A stretch of DNA of 62,743 nt, counting the filler, from Candidatus Fermentibacterota bacterium (GTDB lineage: Bacteria > JAFGKV01): NCBI GenBank assembly GCA_016928395.1. It is 5 parts of 5 records of this genome, joined end to end, with 100 filler letters (N's around TTAATTAATTAA, not from the genome) between each part and the next. Parts side by side here need not be neighbours in the genome. Positions count along the whole stretch, not along the records: positions 56,727 to 62,743 come from JAFGKV010000083.1; 4 more parts are not named here. One strand, 5' to 3'. The notes under the pieces were generated by a model. The model saw nothing but the letters and a program-made list of their open reading frames with translations. It was not told where the DNA came from and made no database searches. Made by a program: the position numbers and the translations under genes. Below, piece after piece: positions 58,072-62,743 of the stretch (within the stretch, counting starts at the first letter, position 1; the number at the start of each line of letters is the position of its first letter).

Positions 58072-58435
58072 AGCGCCAGCCAGACGGTCGCGGGGCGTGA
58101 ACGCCGGCCTTTATAGGGACCATAGCATACCGGCCGATGGTCGGGGCCGGTAGTCCACGTTCTGTTGCGCCGGCCCCCCGCGGCGGGCCTACTCGGAAGA
58201 TCCGGCGCAGATTTTCTCGGCCCCGAAGGGCGTCCGCTGGGCGCCCTCTCTGCTACCCCATTCTCCTCGGAACTAACACGCCACGCGGCTCAATCACCGC
58301 GGCGGCGGCGACCCGCCAACGAAGAGCGACGCTCAACCATTGGCCCTCCCCAATCGCACTTCGGCCCTGCCATCAACGCGCATGGGCGACCGTCGGCGCG
58401 CGCATCTCCTCCCGGCCGCCGCCGGGAAATTGTGA

Positions 58436-58464
58436 TTGACACGCGCCGCCGGCGCCGCTATGCT
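58436..58464 (+). promoter_or_regulatory. near-consensus sigma70 promoter with no large gene downstream
   Basis: TTGACA-N17-TATGCT. Confidence 0.5.
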
Positions 58465-58555
58465 GACGGATGACATCAGTGGACCGGTCAGCCTGGTGGC
58501 AGACGACTGTTGCTTGTCTCCCGGGACAAATGTCTTCCGGCAGCACAGCTATGGG

Positions 58556-59338
58556 TCAGCAGCGCTGATCACAGCTTAAGGCGTCGTCAGTCAAATCATG
58601 ACCCCCTGGTGGATAGGGGCCGGGAGCAGGTAGGAAAACTCCCAAATCAAATAGGAACGAGAGAATGCTGATAGCATCTCCCACGTCGATCTTCCCGTCG
58701 TCGTTGGCGTCGGCCGCATCCATGCATGGCGGATCAGCTTCATCCCCGAACAGGTAAGAAATGACATAAACCGGATCAGCAACGTCTACCCACGCGTCAC
58801 AATTCGCGTCTCCACGCACAAATACTTCGTTCTGCTTGTGCAGGGCAACGGTACCTAAACAACAGGAATGTTCGCCGTCCACGAATTGGGCCCGGTTGTC
58901 CACGGCGGGATTCCCGAGCCCATCCACAAATTCCAGGGCTGGTTCGGCACCCTCTGCTAGAATGGTGTACCGCACGACCCCCACCACCATGTTCTCGACG
59001 GGGGCAAGGGTTTCGGATCGGGCCGCGTCGAATATGATCTTGAATGTGACGCCGGTGTCCGCGATGTTCTCTGCCGTGAAGTCAGGCTCCCTCCCCAGGA
59101 CCTTTCCCACATGATACGTAATCGCCTCGGGTCGCAGCAACGTCGCATCGTTCCTCACCGCCATGCTCAATCCTTCGGTACTCCCCCGCATGGTGGCGAG
59201 CAACTCGACGGTGTAGCTGGATGAAGACGGTCGGAACTCATGCCGGCCGAAACGGTAGGTGCAGTAGTCGCAGTCTCCCCCATAAACGGAGGTCGCGACA
59301 ACCACCAGAAGGAACGAGAACTCGATTCGGGATCTCAT
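58556..59338 (-). CDS. secreted protein with cohesin-like domain and C-terminal dockerin-like domain
   Basis: Signal peptide; FVRGDANCD..VDVADP and DANDDGKIDVGDAI calcium-loop repeats. Confidence 0.85.
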   Translation of the reverse strand: MRSRIEFSFLLVVVATSVYGGDCDYCTYRFGRHEFRPSSSSYTVELLATMRGSTEGLSMAVRNDATLLRPEAITYHVGKVLGREPDFTAENIADTGVTFKIIFDAARSETLAPVENMVVGVVRYTILAEGAEPALEFVDGLGNPAVDNRAQFVDGEHSCCLGTVALHKQNEVFVRGDANCDAWVDVADPVYVISYLFGDEADPPCMDAADANDDGKIDVGDAISILSFLFDLGVFLPAPGPYPPGGHDLTDDALSCDQRC

Positions 59339-59340
59339 GA

Positions 59341-61890
59341 CTACTCTCCTCCACAATTGGTGAAGATCTCGCAGGTCAGGTCGGTTGGTTCGTCCGGGTG
59401 GCCGCATTCCTCGAAAGGCTCCGCAGGCGGCTCCCCGTTCCCGAATAAGTAAGCCAGTAAGCAGATGGGATCGGCTATGTTGAGAATGCCATCGCCATTA
59501 CAGTCGCAGGCACGTAGACACGTAAGTGGTCGCCCCTGGAAAAGAAAGGTGAGAAGGGCGATGGCATCGGCGAGATTGATAGTGCCATCATCGTTCGCGT
59601 CGCCTCGCTTGAAGGGGGCATTGACCGTGAGACAACCGTCTCGCGTCACTACCGGCCGCGACTGGTTCGAAATTGCAGCCCTATTGTAGATGGGGACGTC
59701 GCCGGCACCGAGTACGCCGTCAAAAAAGGTAAGGGGATACTCTCTACGTTGATCACCGCTCTCCGGCAATTCGAAGAAAACGTGTAGCAGCGCCTTCGGA
59801 CTCTCGGGAGGCGTCGGTGGATAGATACGCGTAAGGTCTGGTCCTCCTTCGGCGACAAGGCCGATGACGAGCTCTCCCCTTTCGTTGCTGGCGTTGAAGT
59901 ACCTGAACGCAGCATTGATGTTGTCGGTCTCGGTCGACTCCAGATGCCGATCAGAAACTACACCTCTTCCGTCGTCCCCCACATCGAGGACACGGAGGCC
60001 AGGCGGGTAGCGTAACGCTGCCGACAGCCCCTGAATCGGCTCGCCCGAGGTGTAGAAGAGGGTTGCCTTTATGCGTCCCGGCTCAGAATGATACGCACAA
60101 ACGACCTCCTGATCCTGGTTCAGTGCGCCGATGAGAAAGTGTGGAGGATGCAAGCCGCACAAGAACGTGACCGAGCCGTCAATCATATGGGCGAGGGTTT
60201 CTATCCCTCCCTGAAGGAGCCGGTTGGAGACGGGAGGGGAGCCCAAGATCTGATCTGCGAAGTTCAGTTCGAAGGTTCTGCTGTCGACGGTCAGGTCTCC
60301 CTCACAGTCGAAACGATCATACCCGTATCGAAAAACGGCCAAACGCAGGCGCGCTCCTCCGGGCAGGGTCCTCCCCATCTCAAAGACGACGCTTAGGGTC
60401 CCGCCTTCGGGATAGATGTGTGACTCCACAAATTCAGCCGGCACGTTCACTGCGCTCGTCCCCTCTAGTGTGATGCTGTCCAGCTCCACGCCCGCCTCGT
60501 GCGTAACGGCAAGTGTGTACCCCTCGATGGGGCGCTGGTTCTCTAGCTCGATGCGTACATCGACTTCCGAAAAACCCGGCTCGGCGGTGGCCGGGACAAT
60601 GTGGAGGGTCTCGCACTGCCCCGGTATGTCAATAGAGCCGTTTAGCAAGGACAAGCCCGTGGATGTCGTAACGTCTCGCTGGTCAACAATGATGCTGTTC
60701 TCTAGTCCATTTGCGCAGGGGTTGACATTAAAGGCAACCTCCACTCTCTCAGTCTGTCCGCATGGAGGGAAAGCGGTTGCTTCGACCTCTACCTCTGCGA
60801 TGAGTATATCGTTGCCGGCGGGAATCGTGGCGCCGTTGACGAGTCCTTCGCAGTATGAAACAAAACCAAGGCTGGGCCAGCACGCCGAGAAGGAGCCGGA
60901 ATCTCCTCCCCCATGCAAAAGAGAATCGGCCAGGCGGAGGTTCGTTATCATGAATTTGTCAGGATCAGGGGAGAGAGACAGCACGAATCCCTGAACGTCC
61001 TGCGAAGCGGTCATGGTTATGGGTAAGGTGACATTTGGTCCTGTCACTTCGCCCAAGGATAACGAGAAAGTGCCGGGTACAGCGACGGCTTGGGGATCAT
61101 AAGTAGCGCACCCCAAAGTATCTTCACGAGGGGGCCAGAGGACCTCGGGGAACGGCGGCGGAGGTGCAGGTTCTAACCGCCAGAAGTAATCAAGGAGATA
61201 GAGAGGGTCGCTTGTATCAATCGCGTCATCGCCATTCGCGTCACAGGCAGAAAGACACGACGGTGTGTTGTTGCCCGCGAGATACTCACACAAGTAGGCG
61301 GCATCCGCAGGTGTCACCGCGCCGCTTTCGTTCGCATCGCCCCGGAGGAAAGGGGTCGGCAAACGAGGGGTTATTGCGTGAGCCTCAGTACAACAGGGCC
61401 TCAAGCTGCCGTCGATTTCCAGGTAGTTGGTGATTGGTGGAGCGCCTCCGCTGTCGGCAAACGTCAGGGTCGTGGAATTGAACGCACTTTGGTATCCATA
61501 AAAGATCGTCCAGAACTCCACTTGATCGCCGGCGGGGAACCTCCGATCTCGCGGCGGGTCAAGTACCATGCTCACCCTGACCGAGTCTTCAGCGAAGTCT
61601 GCCGTAATGATGTCAGTGGCCTCAGGTTCACCACCGACGAGCTCGTCAAAACTGTCTGATACTTCAAGGGGCCGGACCACAGCGGGATCGTTAAGAACGG
61701 TCATGTCCACTGCCGTGCTTTGATACTCCGTGCTCACCAGGAGGGAGATCTCAAATCCATCCGACCAAATGTCTGGCTCGCTCATGGTGAAGGTACAGTT
61801 GTCGCACTCTCCGGCAATCAGAAGCGAAAGCGGGAAGACGACGCCCGCCGCGAAAAATGCCCGAACGGACACGGTGAAGTGGACTCCCAC
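59341..61890 (-). CDS. secreted protein with several cohesin-like beta domains and two dockerin-like domains
   Basis: FLRGDANESG..DANGDD internally and FKRGDANDDG..DCNGDG at the C-terminus; repeated (V/I)QG(F/Y/L) beta modules. Confidence 0.85.
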   Translation of the reverse strand: MGVHFTVSVRAFFAAGVVFPLSLLIAGECDNCTFTMSEPDIWSDGFEISLLVSTEYQSTAVDMTVLNDPAVVRPLEVSDSFDELVGGEPEATDIITADFAEDSVRVSMVLDPPRDRRFPAGDQVEFWTIFYGYQSAFNSTTLTFADSGGAPPITNYLEIDGSLRPCCTEAHAITPRLPTPFLRGDANESGAVTPADAAYLCEYLAGNNTPSCLSACDANGDDAIDTSDPLYLLDYFWRLEPAPPPPFPEVLWPPREDTLGCATYDPQAVAVPGTFSLSLGEVTGPNVTLPITMTASQDVQGFVLSLSPDPDKFMITNLRLADSLLHGGGDSGSFSACWPSLGFVSYCEGLVNGATIPAGNDILIAEVEVEATAFPPCGQTERVEVAFNVNPCANGLENSIIVDQRDVTTSTGLSLLNGSIDIPGQCETLHIVPATAEPGFSEVDVRIELENQRPIEGYTLAVTHEAGVELDSITLEGTSAVNVPAEFVESHIYPEGGTLSVVFEMGRTLPGGARLRLAVFRYGYDRFDCEGDLTVDSRTFELNFADQILGSPPVSNRLLQGGIETLAHMIDGSVTFLCGLHPPHFLIGALNQDQEVVCAYHSEPGRIKATLFYTSGEPIQGLSAALRYPPGLRVLDVGDDGRGVVSDRHLESTETDNINAAFRYFNASNERGELVIGLVAEGGPDLTRIYPPTPPESPKALLHVFFELPESGDQRREYPLTFFDGVLGAGDVPIYNRAAISNQSRPVVTRDGCLTVNAPFKRGDANDDGTINLADAIALLTFLFQGRPLTCLRACDCNGDGILNIADPICLLAYLFGNGEPPAEPFEECGHPDEPTDLTCEIFTNCGGE

Positions 61891-62030
61891 GGCCTCCCTC
61901 CTCTCCTACACGCTGTCACAAACGTGATAGCACATGGTGAAACACCGCGCACTGGCGTTCACGCTGTTCAACGCCGTTGCTCCAAGAGCTGGCGGGCGCG
62001 CTCCACGATTTTCTGGTCCTTAGCGACGTT

Positions 62031-62743
62031 GTAACCGTTCACGGGATTTGACCCCGCGGCATGCCCTGGTCCAGTACATGCTCGTGGGGGAGTGACGGAA
62101 TTGCTGTCAGGATGTGTCGGGGAGGAGGGACGGGCCGGGGCGTTCCTCGAAGTATGCCACGACCGACTCGAACAGGAAGTCAAAGGCCGATCGACCTTGC
62201 TGAGCACACGTGGCCATGACCGTCCAGATCCGCTCGCACCACGTTCGCCCCGATACCCCTCGCGTCCCTTGAGTTACCCGGCGGTCAATCACAACAAACC
62301 GAATTGCCTGCTCGGCGAGGTTGTTCGTTGGTTCTACGCCTGGGGTGGTAATGAACTGGAAGTAGCCTTTGCCGTGCTTGCGGAACCGCTCGGCCATGTT
62401 CTGTGCTTCGTTTCGTTGCGGTGCACGTTGTGCCGTCTTGACGAAGTCATCGCGGACTTTTTCAAGCCTAGCCTGGAACCTCTCTTCCGTCATCGCGTCG
62501 CGGCGGTGGATCACGTGAAACAGTTTGCGCAACCCGTTGAGGAGTCGCTGCCCGTAGTTGCTTGTGACCTTGTCGGGAAGGCTGACGAGGAACTTCACAT
62601 CCCGAATCAAATGCGCCAGGCAGAACTGGACAAGGATGCCACAATCCTCCATGTACTTTCGATAAGCCGAGAAGTAGTCGCAACCGAGAACGCCTTCGAA
62701 CTCCTCGCCCAAGACCTCGATCAGTACCTGAGAGCCGCGCGAC
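62031..62743 (-). mobile_element. IS66 family element, right end
   Basis: Terminus GTAACCGTTCACGG at 62031, 76 bp beyond the transposase stop; IS66 elements end in GTAA. Confidence 0.8.
62107..62743 (-). CDS. IS66 family transposase, C-terminal part
   Basis: GVLGCDYFSAY, QFCLAHLIR, PTNNLAEQAIR..VI.RRVT.G.R. Confidence 0.92.
   Translation of the reverse strand, partial: SRGSQVLIEVLGEEFEGVLGCDYFSAYRKYMEDCGILVQFCLAHLIRDVKFLVSLPDKVTSNYGQRLLNGLRKLFHVIHRRDAMTEERFQARLEKVRDDFVKTAQRAPQRNEAQNMAERFRKHGKGYFQFITTPGVEPTNNLAEQAIRFVVIDRRVTQGTRGVSGRTWCERIWTVMATCAQQGRSAFDFLFESVVAYFEERPGPSLLPDTS

Overview
The window is five unrelated contig pieces joined by artificial 100-nt linkers (N44-TTAATTAATTAA-N44 at 21355-21454, 38592-38691, 47743-47842, 56627-56726), so nothing can be linked across those joins. 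(1) 1-21354: housekeeping genes of an FCB-group-like bacterium: a minus-strand run (PTS-EIIA, metallophosphoesterase, tilS, ftsH, folP, cdaA, DUF2723), a divergent and strongly reduced dcw cluster (mraZ-rsmH-ftsL-ftsI-ftsW-murB-ftsQ-ftsA-ftsZ, no Mur ligases, mraY, murG or ddl), degP, a short RpoD-type sigma factor, a sulfatase-like gene and an MBL hydrolase. (2) 21455-38591: distal part of an unusual contractile injection system (CIS) operon: tube initiator, hub, two spikes (one PAAR-fused) flanking a GNAT gene, a PASTA-fused baseplate wedge protein, Zn-ribbon-FHA and membrane-anchored vWA proteins, duplicated tail chaperones with a GGGGGAA -1 frameshift into DUF6760, a 1090-aa unknown protein, a lipoprotein and a probable outer-membrane protein. 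This is the best candidate for an undescribed system (an envelope-anchored CIS; inference). (3) 38692-47742: secreted proteins, two sharing a C-terminal domain, plus a PorV-family gene. (4) 47843-56626: 3' part of a diversity-generating retroelement (RT then template repeat), REP clusters, and a type III-like restriction-modification locus whose mod gene has a frameshift and in-frame palindromic insertions. (5) 56727-62743: DDE transposase, two planctomycete-type dockerin proteins and one IS66 end. All family calls are from motif recognition by eye; no searches were run.
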